Shown here: piece after piece, positions 1 to 13,200 of the stretch
Position numbering within the stretch: the stretch's first letter is position 1
Layout: every line of letters starts with the position of its first letter
NCBI GenBank assembly: GCA_965178125.1
Contig: OZ237739.1
Coordinates: 620,001-684,000 of the forward strand
Origin: Bilabrum cf. latius
Lineage: Eukaryota
Length of the DNA: 64,000 nucleotides
Reading direction: 5' to 3'
Position numbers and translations under genes: made by a program
Notes under the pieces: model-generated
Databases searched by the model: none
Told to the model about the DNA's origin: nothing
The model's input: the letters and a program-made list of their open reading frames with translations, nothing else

Positions 1-822
1 TCGCCTGAAATCCAAATCGCCCCGCCAAACATCTCTCTCTCTCCCCGTCCTCCTACTATCCACGTCGACCCGAAGACCGTGCCTCGCATCTTGCCTCGCA
101 TCGCGCTGATCGTAGTGCCATGGCTACCGGGAAGGTGGACCATACGGCCCCCAGGATTCGCCAACGTAACCCCCCTTGCGGCCCGCTTCGGACGACGCAG
201 AGGCGCCAAGTTGTGCAGGCGGGAGCGGTCGTCCGTGTCCCGCTTCTTGCACTGACCAGGCCTGACCGGTGGCAGAGCTTGAAGTAGAGGGCTGTACAGC
301 GGCTGTTTGCTGCTGGGCCTGCCCCGTGAGAAAGGCCATCGGCTGCTGGCGGCGAAGGGACGTGGCACCTGCGGGCACGCCAAGAAAGTCTGTGACGAGG
401 CGCGGTGGAGCGCGCGTGATCGCGCCTGCGCCGCCTCCTAGGACCCACGTGGCTGTAGAAAATGCAGACGCTTCCCTCGGTGGGGCACGCTGCGAGTCGG
501 AATGGTTCGCAGCTCGCTGCGTAACAGCAGACGTCGCAGATGACGCGACGGAAGGTGGCGACGAATCTCGCGATTCCGAAGCGACTGGTACCGACCCAAC
601 TGTTTCCGGTAGGTTTTGCTTCGATCTGGCAGTTGCACGATCACTTCTGGAGACGATTGAGGCTTGAGGATTTGGCACGACCACGGAGTCAACCTGCATA
701 TTCGTCGAATCATCTGATCCCGCCCGGTCCCGGTCACGGGACTACGTCTTTAACCTTTCCCGTGCAGCAGCACCCGAGCTCCCTGCTCCCAACTCGCCTT
801 GAGTTAATGCTGTGCCGGACAT
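1..822 (-). CDS. Hypothetical Ser/Ala/Arg-rich low-complexity protein, 3' end runs off the window
   Basis: ATG at 822, open to the window edge when TAGs (~742 and 124) are read as Gln; includes ORF 124..699. No recognisable domain. Confidence 0.45.
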
Positions 823-1254
823 CGTCGACTGATGCACGCCTGCGGTATGGCGGGTGCCCAGAACACATCAAGTCAAGCCGCTGAATGCAAATGGATCCAT
901 TTCGAATTCGAGCACATGTTCGATCAATAACAAACCCAACTGCTCGCGCGAAACAATTACACTAGGAGCGGCCAGTGTAGGACTCCTATGGGAGTAGGAA
1001 CTGTCTCACGCTTCGCCGCTTGAGCTCCAAGCAGTCTGACGGCTGATTAAGTGAGTATTTAAAACAGTTAGGCGATAATCTGAGGGCGAGAGGGCCTCTA
1101 GGCGATAGATTTCGTATAAGGTGAGAGGAAGAAGTCATCAGATCCGATCGAATCATTGTGAGCATGAGGCATTATTTGCTGTCGCCCATGAAGAAATTTG
1201 ATTGACTCAGATACTAAGTATTGCAGCAGGCATCATTGCTTTACGCCAGCCGCT

Positions 1255-2811
1255 ATGCCCAGGAAAAGTAGGTCTTCAATTGCTTCGGAAGATGAAAGCG
1301 ACAATGATTCTGGCGACAGTTTGAGTGACGTGATAGAAGATGTGGAAGATATTACCAGCGCAAGCCGGGGAGCCTTGCGGAAGGGTGGAGCCGACGGCGT
1401 TCAAATAGGCTCAATCCTGCAGAGAGAGCAAGCGTTAGCATCGCGAGAGGCCGGCCTAACACATCGCGAAAAGGCGCTGGCATCTCGTGAAGCCGCCCTG
1501 GCTCGCGCCCAGGCTGCCATGAAGCTGCGGGAGAAATCACTGCTTGAGCTATTGCAACAGAAGGACCTGGTTCTGTCACCTTCCAGAAAGCGTAAGCTGG
1601 TGGATGATGTTGAACTTGTCGACGGGACTGCCTTATTCGGTACGGATGATGAGGATAGCAGCTACGGTGCGGTGTCGTCGCCAAGTGCAGCCTCAGCAGC
1701 AGCCCGCGGTGGCAGCGGGAGAGGTCGAGGGCGAGGTCGAGGCCGAGGGCGAGGTCGCGGTAGGGGAAGAGGGCGTGGTGGAGCAATTGCACCCACCGCC
1801 AGCCTTGGTAGCAGCGAGGGTAGCCCGCAGCCAGCTGAAGCCAGCACCAAGCTGGGCAGCAGCCGGGGACGAGGGAGGGGCAGGGGCAGAGGCAGGGGTC
1901 GCGGGCGAGGAGTCGCATCTAGTGCGTCTAGCGGGTCCACGAAATCGGCAACACCCATGTCGCCCAGGGCCAAGAGCCCTGGCCAGGCCAAGGGTGGGCC
2001 GAGGTCGCCTGCGGCAGTCGCAGGCAGGAAACGAAGCCGGGGCACGAGCTCAGCCTCCGCATCAACGAAAGCAGTTGCGCAGTAGCAGTCGTTCCAAGAG
2101 GCATCGTCCCAGCCCAGCACTAGGCGTCGGAGGGGGGAGGCAGGCGCGATCGATGCCGCGGCCAAGTCAGCACCACCTCCTGCAGTCCTCACAGCCATTC
2201 AGGGCTATGTGCCCACCAAGTACTCCATGATGCTCCTCGAGCAGGTGCTCCGGGGCGAGCCCGTGTACTGGCTCTCCGACCACGACAACCGAGTAGTGGT
2301 TGAGGTGCCTCGCAAATCCACGAACAGTCTGGACCGGAAGAACAAGGCAGTTGCATGCAGGGAGGCCTCGGGAGACGGGTGGCTGGTGAGCACGTTTAGC
2401 CGCATGTACCAGCTGGGTAAGAACGAGGGCGACGGCATGGCCACCCGGGAACAAACGGACCAACTGAAAGAAATGTTCTGGAAGGGTCGCAAGGGCAAGA
2501 CCGACTTCGGCTCTATGCTGCAGCATTACTCCACAAGCGAGCCGAATGCACTCACTGCATCAGCGGCTGCGTCGGCCAGTAGCAGCAGCAGCTCGTCCTC
2601 TTCTGCGAAGAAGACGAAGTCTGCTTCTGTCGCCAAGGCTGCCAGGGCCGCCAAGGCCTCCAAGAGTCCATCTCGGGCCAAGTCGGGCAGGGCTACTAGT
2701 GCAGCAGATCATGAGACGGGGAGGGCGGGGCAGTTCTCTCCAGCAGCCGCCATGGAGGCGGCCGTGCAGGCGGTCAAAGAGGCAGCTGCAAGCACCCCGT
2801 TGAGCAGCTGA
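1255..2811 (+). CDS. Novel-domain family protein 1 (~518 aa): acidic N-terminus, coiled coil, KRK motif, GR dipeptide tracts, one C-terminal copy of the GxPVYW...ACR...WLVSTF domain
   Basis: ORFs 1198..2085 and 2209..2811 are in one frame joined by a single TAG in CAG-TAG-CAG context; ATG at 1255 (MPRKSR), ends TGA. Confidence 0.85.
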
Positions 2812-2930
2812 ATCTGAGGGGCGGCATGATTGCTATCGCGAGTCATTTTCCTTGGTCAAGACTAGTCATTTCAACTTGCAAGTTGGTCACTTCAACATCC
2901 ATATTCAACTCACTGATTAGAATGCTGGCT

Positions 2931-5900
2931 TCAAAACTCCAGACTGGCTGAATCGGGCCGCGCACCTGATTCACTAGCACCCTCGGCAATCGAACCTAGG
3001 CAGGGCTCAAGAGCAGCACCAGGGTCAGAGGCGTTGCTGCTGCGTGCTGGTGAGCCGGCTCTAACATTAGTAGCTTCCCAGCATGCTGCTCCCAGTGATT
3101 GTAGCGCAGACTGCCCGCCTGCCATCTCAAACGCCGCAACGCTTCCCGGTGATGAAGAAGAGGCCGATGAAGATGATGATTGCAGTGGTGATACATTCCA
3201 GTACAGACCTCTCTCAGAGGCCTTGGAGCGGCCCAGATCTCGAGTCGCGGCCCCACCAGCGGTCGCTGTGCTGGTGGTACTCTGCTTTCCCACCACCGGA
3301 GTGGCAGCTCCATGCCCACCTGCTGCATGCGCAGCATCTTTCACTTCATCGCTAGCAAGGTCAGGGCTATCACTCGTGACAGCAGCCCTCATAGGTTCGG
3401 TATCCTTCACAAACATGCGCTCCAGGATCATCGCGGTGACCCGGCTGCCGCCACTCGCGCGGTTGGCCCACAGAAGATGCCGCATGCTTGTCACGAGGAC
3501 CAGCAACTTCTTTCCTTCTGGATTTGAATGATAGCACGCCAGCGGTTGGCCGAGCTGCGTGCGCGTCAACTCCTTAACCCTCCGTCGAGCCTTGCTCTGT
3601 TCAGAGACGTGCCAGAACACGGGGGTACCCTGTATCATCTGGTCAGCCACATGTATGCACCTCTACTGCAAGTCATGCGTCAGGTTGAATGCAGGGGGGC
3701 CGCTATCGAGGACTCGTGCTATCTCGAGTAAAGAGCGCCTTCTTTTCCTGCCGACAATCCAGTTGAATCCCCTTGTGCGGCCACGGCTGTCCACGCTTGC
3801 TGTGCGGCGGGCTGTGGTAGTCCTGGTCGATTGAACCCCCTTTGCTCCAACGACTGACGTTGGAGACCTGGGAATTTCGCTGCCTGGAAATTTCAGAGCG
3901 GCAGCAGGTCGACCTCCACCTTCGTTGCCAGAGAGGGCTGGTGGGCGACGCTGCTGTGTTTCGATTACGACGCTCTCGCATGACTCTCGAGGCCGCACGC
4001 TCGAACTGCAGTCATCTCCTGTAGCAAGCTTCTTCTCTGTGAAACAGATCGGGTCTGATACTTCCGTAGTTTGTCGGGTATACTTGAATCGAACGCTTCC
4101 AAACCTGGGACGGCTAGGGCTAAAGTAGTCGTGATAAGGCTCGTTGCTGGTAGCCCAGAAGCGCTTCTCTATGATGGCCCATGGAACAACTGACTCGCCC
4201 TTCAGCTCATTTATGTTGCGAAACATCTCAGTGAATGTACCGACGACCCACTCGTCAGATATTTCGCACCAGCATGCGATGGGACTGACCACCGCATCGT
4301 TCCACCAGTGCAGCGAGCGGGGTCGGACGGTGGCAACGTCTCCAGTATCGGGGTCCATTGCAACACAGGGTGCACCGTCCGCAATAAGTGCTGCAAGGAC
4401 ATCGGGCAGCTTTGAGCTTCCTTGGGATAGGGTCTCTCGCAGCCCACTGGTGGTGCCGGCAGTGCTGCTGCAGCCCACTGTCAGCACCTCCTTCCGCAGC
4501 CTGGACTACAAGGAGCCCGGCTGTCCAATATTGCTCGCTGGAGATACCAGCTGCACGACCCGCTTAAACGTAGGCAAGTCGATGCGTTCGTCCCCAAACG
4601 CGGCACAGATAGAGCCCACTGTGCTTACCAGCCAGTGCTGTCTCTGCTCACTCAAGCAAGCGAACCGAACGGGAGCTTCGCCTTCAGCAACTTTGGAAAA
4701 CCACGCAGCTTCCCCATTCCGCAAGCACACCAGCGGAGCACCATGCAGGATAGACTTCGCGGTTGCGGCGGAATTTATGTGTAGATCGTTCATGTCTGCA
4801 CAGACCATCGCATATGCCGTCAACGTTGGCTGCCCGTGCGGCAGGCCTGCAGTGACACTGCCTCTTGGTTCGATGGGATCTCTGTAGTAAATCTTACGAA
4901 TGCGATCAAGGCCACGTGAAACACATGAACTCATCAGCTGAAGGTTGGACAGCCGTTCAAGCTCAGGGAAGCTGCTGACGACCCAGCGGTGCGTGATCGG
5001 GCACCGGCAAGCGACCGGAGCCGACTCGGTCATCAGGGCACATGACTCATCGATCGAATTCGCAGGAACTTCAGCCCAGCTTCGGATGCTTGCGTGATAT
5101 TGCATCAGCTTGCAGCCTCGTCCGGCACGTGCCGCCGTTTCTACTGCTGCCAACACTGCGTTGCTGCTGGTGGTCCTTGCGGTGGCCGCCCACTGCCAGC
5201 TCGTGACCAGCCCTCTGATCTGTGTAAACTTGAGTGACACCGGCTCACCTTTGGGGGCTGAGTACAGCCGATGAATGTGCGTGGCAACGAGGAGGGTTCC
5301 TTCCGCAGACGTGATGTGCGTGCCGCTCTCGAAGATGGTCGACAGCGGACCGCGGACCCACTCGTGCTCGTCCTGGTCGGATGGAATGCGGCACGCCACC
5401 ACAAGGCCTGGCGGCAGTGGGAAGTCCAGCTGCCCGAACCGAACAACCTCTAAGCCTCCATCCGGCAGGCACGCAAAGCAGCGCTCCCCCCGCGCTATCG
5501 CTGCCCCCATCGAGAGGATGTCCTCTCGCGACTGCACGGCTCTTGCTTCGTCTGGAGGAGGGGGGAGTGCGCCGGGGCCGATGGGCTTGAGAGCAGACTC
5601 GAGCAGATTGAATGCAGCGGACGGAACGAACGCTTCGTCTGGCCACTCGGGCTTGCATTTCCCGTAGAGATCCACCACTGTGTTCCAGGCTTGGTGGCAG
5701 TCCGTCTTTGAAGCAGCCTCGCCCATGCTGGCAAACGAGGAGACGATCCACGCAGCGGTCTCGTGGGAAAAACAAGCAATTCGTCGAAGCAGCTTGGCGG
5801 GAGCTATGCCCCACTCGATGGAGAATTTTGGCACCATCTTCGCCACGGGCGGGCCTGCTTGGTCCCCCCCGCCAGCACCAGAGGCGGCCGCGGATGAGCC

Positions 5901-6059
5901 ACCGGCCGAGGCGTCCCGAGCAGGCTCCAGCCAATAGGCTGGGCGCCCTTGTGCAAGTAATGCCATGCATAGTTTCGCCCTTTCGCAAGATACTTCCGGG
6001 TGCTCTTCTGTAACCGAGGGCTAGGCACGCAGCAGTGCGCGGGTTGCTCGATCTTGCAT
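2931..6059 (-). CDS. Novel-domain family protein 2 (>=1042 aa) with six tandem divergent domain copies; 5' end uncertain
   Basis: ORFs 6021..6224, 4506..5966, 3663..4487 and 2931..3650 share a frame and are separated only by TAG (6021, 4506, 3663); ends TGA at 2931. The frame is open to 6242; first ATG at 6059, and an upstream exon is possible. Confidence 0.8.
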
Positions 6060-7244
6060 GCCAGCTTGCTTGCTTCTTGCCTGCTTCCATGAACTTCCTG
6101 GCTGAACAGGGCTTTCTACAGTCGCATAAAAATCACTGCAATCGTCTCCACAGCCTGCTAAGGTGATTTTCCGGGGTTCGTCAACAGACGAGCTGCTCGG
6201 GGTGGACGCACCTGCGATGCGCAATACCAGGCAATCACGTGTTCAGATCACGTTTTTAACCCAGTCATCGAGTTTAAATCGGATGAAATATGCAGGGAAT
6301 GGTTTCATCAAAGGTAGAACTTGCTGTTCAAGTCGGCTCTGCCGGCCTGAAAATATTGGAGCAGCTGCTCGCCCTGAGCGACGGGTACTCATGGCGAATC
6401 CAGGTATCGCTACAGACGCAATGCTCACCGTTCGGTTGCTTCTCCTTGTATCGGAAAGTGGTTCTTTGCTGCTTACTCCCGGTTCCGGCTCGCGTCATGA
6501 CATCAGTCGAGCTGTTCCTGGCGCTCACGCTCTCGCTTCGATCCTGCTCATATTCCGAAAAATGAGCCGTAGGCGCGGGAAGCAGCGAAGTGATCTGTTG
6601 AATCGATGAATCATCTAATAGATTGTGGAGCTTTCGCTACGTTGAAGCTCGGGTAGTTGTTGTTGAGGCGCTTGAAGACTTCATTTGCAGCCGTAGATCT
6701 GGAAAGTGTCAAATTATCGGGGTTAGCCCTCTATTTCCGTCGATTTTAGCGAGCTATCCGACTTGTGTATATTGTAACGCAAGAAATATGACAAGGGGTG
6801 ATTAAGCCGAGCAATGTTGTGCCAGCAGCCGCTCTGAACTGTGCGTCGTTGCGACCAATCCATTTGGATTGTGATGAAACGAAGTTGAAGAATGAAATTG
6901 CTCTCTTTACAATTCTTGCTTCTGCCGAGCATAGTAGAGCTAATCGAGGGCTTCTCTCTGTAGATCCCTGTAATAATATCGTGCAAATATTTCTTCGACA
7001 AGCAGACGCATGCAAATAGTCGCATGTGTGGCGCTTGCGGCAATGCTAGCGGAAGTTTGTGGTAATGCTGTGTAGAGAGGAGTATCATCTAACCTTTTCC
7101 CCTAGTCTCGGAACAATGCTCAGTACTACCGAAAGTTGCAGCATGTGAGACGTGGAAGTGTGGTCATGAGTCGTTCAGGCTGAGTATCTCACGGCGTATT
7201 CGTGGCTTCAAGCCCAATCAGCCTCTGTTACACACGCCCAACAC

Positions 7245-10200
7245 TTGATTCAATGTGATGTATCTATTTTTATACCGCAGACTTGTCCATTGCCCTTTGA
7301 GGTTGTTGGCGCCGCGAGGATAGCTAATTCTATCGCTGGCTTGCCTGGAAACGCTTTCCGTGCAGGAGATGCCGCCGGACGGACTGTTTCTGCAATCGGT
7401 GACATTAGTGGCGATGGCATCGGCGACATTGCAATCGGCGTCCCGTATTTTGACGGGCTCGAAGTCGACGAAGGAGCTGTATATCTTTTTCGGATGCATA
7501 GTAATGCCTCGCTGGACAGTTTTGATGTGATTAAAGAGAACCATTTCGGCTTCAATAGGTCACTCCAGGCTGGAGAATTGTTTGGAAGATCTCTTGGGGT
7601 CCTGGCGCAGTCGCAAGGCGAGCAGCCGGACCTCCCGCGTCTTCTCGTTTGCAGCCGAAGCTTCACCGACACGTCTGGGTCTGTCACCGGCTCGGTGTAC
7701 GTGCTCCGCCTGAATCGGACAGAAACTGGGCGAGTTTCTTCCTACATTCAATGGAGCCATGGACAAGGAGGCATGCCCTGGGGCGCTCTTGAAGACGGTG
7801 GCTACTTCGGGTCTGCAGTGGCCCAGATCGGTGACGTAAACTCGGATGGGCTGCAAGACGTGGCAGTAGGGGCGGAGAAGAACCTCGGGAACGACGGTGC
7901 GGTTTTCATTGCGCTACTAGCAGCCAATGATACTATCGTTGGCTTTCGGTGGGTCTCTAGGGCAGCCGGCGGCGGGCTGTCTGTGCCCTTCACCACGATC
8001 TCTAACCTCGGCAGTGCAATCTCAGGGGCGCCACGTTCGCCGTGTCTGGGCGGAACTTCCCCGTGCAGCCAGCTGATCGTTGGAGCAGAGGAATCTGGCA
8101 TCGGTGGGCACAACCGTGGTGCCATCGTGCTGGTCCAGCTGGGTCACACGGGCTCGATGCAGGACAGCTTCAGCGGCATCCAGGTGCTGAATTCGTCCGT
8201 GGTGGCGTCAGGCACAGGGGGTCTGCCTGGTGACATTCTCTCGAATGAGGACCGGTTTGGAGGCGCTGTTTCATTCGCAGGGGATTTGGATGGCGATGGC
8301 ACACAAGAGGTGCTTGTGGGCGCACACCTTGCCGCCGTTGACAGCCCCTTCGACGGCGTTGTTTTCATCCTTAGCGTGCACATGAACAACTTTACCGTAC
8401 ACTCCACGCGCCAGCTAGATCGTTCTGTCATCAACGCGTCGACGGGTGTTTCGTTTCCGCCTGGAATACGCTTCGGACGGTCGCTGGACATACTTGCGGT
8501 GCCGGCCCCAAGCGGAGGAGACCCTGCGTGCCAGGTCGTGGTTGTGGCCGGGACACCAAAGACAAACGACAACGGTGTCGACTCTGGTGGCCTAGTTCTT
8601 GTTTCAATCACTGCAGACCAAGGTACTGTGTACCCGTCGCCATCTCCCTCACAAAGCCCCAGCCCGAGTCCCTCCCCTGCCGCAGCCGGGCAGCCTGTCC
8701 GAATCGTCAAGCCGGGCACTGGAGCCACGGGGGACAACTCGCCCAATCTGGACTCTGATGACGGATATGGCAGAGATGTTGCTGGTCTGGGCGACGTGGA
8801 TATGGACGGGATCCCTGATATCGCGGTAGGGGCTGCAGATGACGACGATGGCGCTGAGAATCAGGGTGCAGTATACGTGCTGTTCATGAGAACGAACGGA
8901 ACTGTCAAAGGGTAGCAGAAGATAAGCGCTCTGGAGGGAGGTATTCGAATGGAGAATCAGAGCGATGCCAAATTTGGCATGGCGCTGTCTTCTTTTCGAT
9001 AGCCGCGTGGTGATGCACCTGACGAGCCTAGGCTGATTGTTGGCGCCAGCGAGATGCTGGACGGTGGAGTCAGCACGGGTAGATTCTGGGTTCTTCGGAT
9101 CTCACAAAGTGGCGCAGTTTCCAACCAAGTGCTCAGCGAGCCTGGTGTTTATGATCTTGAGCAGGATGATGGGTTTGGCATCGGGGTGTGTGGCGACCTC
9201 GGCGACATCGACGGTGACGGTCTGAAAGACATAGTTGTTGGAGCGAATGGTGTAAGCGATCGCGTGGACCGAGGAGGCGAAGTTTTCCTGGTTTTCTTGC
9301 GGGCAAACGACACTGCAAAGGGGCACACGAGCCTTCTTGAAGCCGCTGGGTGGGCTGACCACTCCGTCTTTCGGATCGGCGGTGGCTTGGCTGCTCTGCC
9401 AAGCAAACGAGCTGGGTCGGCTGCTCGTATTGCTTTTGGCTCAGGAAACATCAAGTCCATTTTCATCCACCATCTTACCGTGAACGGCGGCTTCTCGGAC
9501 CCTGCGTCTAGAGTTGGTGTGAGCTATGGGATTGCGCCGGAACGAGGAGCAGACGCTAATCGGTTTGGCCGGTCGATCGCAAATGGGGGTGATCTAGACG
9601 GGGACGGTGAGGAGGATCTCATTGTTGGCGCGCGGCGTGATAAAGTTAGCGTTCAATACGCAGGGGCGGTCTTTGTCCTCTTCTTGGAAGCAAATGCTAC
9701 CATGACAAGGATCAAGTAGTATTGCGTGATTGATGCGACACACCCACTGTTTGGTGTCCACGTTGACGTCAACAGCGAGTTTGGCTTTGTTGCGTCTGCG
9801 GGGGACTTGGATCAAGATGGAAGGAACGACTTGGTGGTAGGCGGCTCATTGGATGCGCCAAGAAACCATACTTCAACAGGTTCTATCTTGGTTGTCTTCA
9901 TGGGTGGCCCGGGAGCGAGCGCCTCACCAAGCCCAAGCCCGAGCCCGACGCCAAGCCCCACAGCGTCAATTACTCCATCTTCATCTCCCTCCAGCTCTCC
10001 AGCACTAGCCGGTACCATAACAAAGGCCCGTCATGTTGTTGTGAACGGGACGAGCAGCTCTGGGCTTAACATCGAGTCCGGTGATCATTTCGGATACAGC
10101 ATGCAGGCCCTTGGTGACCTGAACGGCGATGGGTGGCTTGACGTGGCAGTCGGGGCTCCGAACGATGACGATGGGGGCAGTAAGGTGGGTGCTATTTACG

Positions 10201-13200
10201 TCCTGTTCATGCAAGCGGGCGGCACGGTCGCGATGTCGCAGAAGATCAGCTCCAGCGAGGGTGGCCTTGCTAGACCCAACGATGCAAGTGGAAGCTCCTT
10301 TGGGATCTCTGTTGGGATCCTGCGGCAGCCTGCTGGAGCTCAAGGAAATTTAGTCCGTTTAATCGTCGGAGAATATCGCGGCAAGGTGAACGGTGATAGC
10401 GATTCAGGTCGTGTCTGGGTGCTTCGGCTGCACGGGAACGGCACTGTAGCACACCAAACCGACTTGAACAAGGATACGATTCCGAATCCGTCAGAATTGT
10501 TCCTTGCGGACAAAGACCAATTCGGTGAAGGGCTCACTGGGGATATAGGAGACATCGATGGCGACGGCTTGAACGACATGGCAGCAAGTGCGACATTGGC
10601 CGATTTCGGGAAATCTAATGGAGGGGTTCTGCTGTTGCTTTTCATGAACAGAAACGACACGGTCAAGGGCGTCATATCTTTGACTCAGGCTAGCGGTGGT
10701 GGTTTGGACGTGTTCGACTCGTTCGTCAACAGCATTGGTGAGTCATTGTGTGTACTGCCGCCCTCTCCAGGCAGGTCCGAGCCGCGTCTAGTAGTAGGTG
10801 CTCCTGATTCAAATGCAGCTGCAGTCATTCAGCTCACCGGAAATGGTAGTAGCTCGTATCCAGTAGCAATATGGAGCGGCAATCACGGTGGGTCGAATCC
10901 GATTGGGAGCTTTTGGTCAGGGGCCGATCGATTCGCTCGCTCTGTTGCTGCAATTGGCGACATGGACTCGGATGGGTTTTACGACCTTGCGGTGGGTGCA
11001 GAGCTAGACAGCTGGTCCTCATCTGATGGAGGTGCTGTGTATCTACTGTTCTTGCGCAGCAACGTCACAAACACTTGGGTCAACAGCTTCGAGCGCATCG
11101 CTACAGAGACGCAGAACTTGAACGAGCTTGTAGACGCAGGGGCAATGCTGTGTGCGAGCACTTTGCTCAGCGACTTGGACGGAGATGGTCGGAATGAGCT
11201 GATGATAGGGTCGCATGCAACGGATGCTGTCGGTTCCTATTCGGGTGCCGCCATAGTTGTCTTCTTGGGAGGAGGCGTGCCCAGTGCGACGCCGTCACCA
11301 TCTCCGGCGTACGCGTCTGCCACGCCGTCAGCAGCCCCTGAAGGAACAATCTTGTCAGCAACACGCGTCACTGCCGATGGATCAGACGCTTCTGGGCTGA
11401 TCGTTGAGGAGGATGACGGCTTTGGTGTTTCGATACAGGATCTGGGGGACTTGGACTCGGATGGAACTACCGACGTCGCAGTTGGTGCGTTTCGTGACAC
11501 AGAGGCTGGTGTGACTGGGGTAGGCTCCGTGTGGGTCATGCGGATGCGACCCAATGGAACAGTGAAAGCAGCTCAAAAAATCAGCCCTACGGAAGGAGGC
11601 CTTGTTCGACCAATCGGCGAGCTTGTTGCGTCTAGCTCCTTCGGTATATCCATCGGTTTGCTCAGGTAGCCCCACGGCGAAGAGGGTCAGCTCCCGCGTC
11701 TGCTGGTGGGTGAGCACCAGCAGACGGTCGAAGAGAGCGTATAGTCTGGTCGAGTGTGGGTGCTTCGACTTGCGCCAAATGGTACGGTCGCAGGGTAGGC
11801 AATCATCGACAGATCCACGACTCTGAACCCAGGCGACAGCGTACTGATGCAATAGGCAGATAGTCTCGGCGAGGGGCTCACCGGTGACCTGGGAGACTTG
11901 AACGGGGACTTGCTGAACGATATCGCTGTGGGAGCTCCGAACGCAGACTTTGGCACTGCGAATGGTGGCGCTGTCTTGATCCTGTTCATGGGCGGAGACG
12001 ATGCCGTCATTGCAGTGCTGGCCTTATCTCAGGCCACTGGACAGGGTCTTGACATAGCATCACCATTCGCAAGGAAGCTTGGTTAGTCCCTGTGCTCACT
12101 CCCTCCATCTATTGGGCATTCCGCACCGCGACTGGTAGTCAGTTCGCCCGACGACAAGTTTGTTGCGATCTTGTAGTTGAGGCAGTTCGGGCATGTTGAG
12201 CGAGTCGTAGCTAGCTTTGGACCGGCGCAAGGTGGCTCCAATCCGATTGGGGCGTTCTACAGCAACGCTGGATAGTTTGGTAGGTCTACTGCGCCACTCG
12301 GTGACATGAATGGTGACGGACACGATGATCTTGCGGTTGGTGCTCGATTGGATTCAAACGATAATGCAGATGGAGGAGCAGTGTACTTGCTCTACCTCGT
12401 AAGCAATTCAACGCGAACTTGGGTGATTGGATTTGATCGGATAGGCGGCAGTCACCCCATGATCGACCCTCTGATTGGTTCCAGCGATCGCTTGGGCAAC
12501 GTTGCCATGATAAATGATATCAACGGAGATTTTCGCAACGACTTGATGGTAGGCGCTCATTGGAATGACGAGTTTGCGAACAACGGGGGCGCTGTGCTTG
12601 TCCTGTTCATGGGAGGCGTCGCGCCTAGCACGAGTCCATCGCCGGCAGGCAGTCCAACCCCATCCATGTCGCCGTCAGTAACGAGTTCAATCAGTGCAAG
12701 CCCGAGCTCCAGCTTTAGCGCCAGCCCAAGCTCCAGCGCCAGCCCGAGCACCAGCGCCAGCCCGAGCTCCAGCTCCAGCTCCAGCACCAGCCCGAGCTCC
12801 AGCTCCAGCCCGAGCTTCAGCTCCAGCATCATCCCGAGCTCCAGCGCCAGCACCAGCACCAGCCCGAGCTCCAGCTCCAGCTCCAGCACCAGCCCGAGCA
12901 CCAGCGCCAGCCCGAGCACCAGCACCAGCCCGAGCACCAGCACCAGCCCGAGCTCCAGCACCAGCCCGAGCTCCAGCGCCAGCTCCAGCCCGAGCTCCAG
13001 CGCCAGCACCAGCTCCAGCTTCAGCCCGGACACGTTGCCATCTGGGTTGCAAGACGCCATGCGACCTGTTTCCCTTGTAGGTGCGAGCCTGGTCAGCTTG
13101 GACTTGACATTGAGTGGCTCGTCAGTTTTTCATCTCACTGGTACCAACGCTACTACTATTATTTCTGGTGTGGGGTAGCTTCAATCGCGCCGAGCTCGGC

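Noticed and set aside
6243-6245. In-frame TGA upstream of gene 2 as evidence of TGA readthrough
   Set aside because: A single case in AT-richer sequence, better explained by an intron or 5' UTR; TGA ends most genes.
12557-13080. GAGAGARA, LELELGL and APAPAR repeat ORFs
   Set aside because: Alternative frames of the Ser/Pro linker of the FG-GAP gene.
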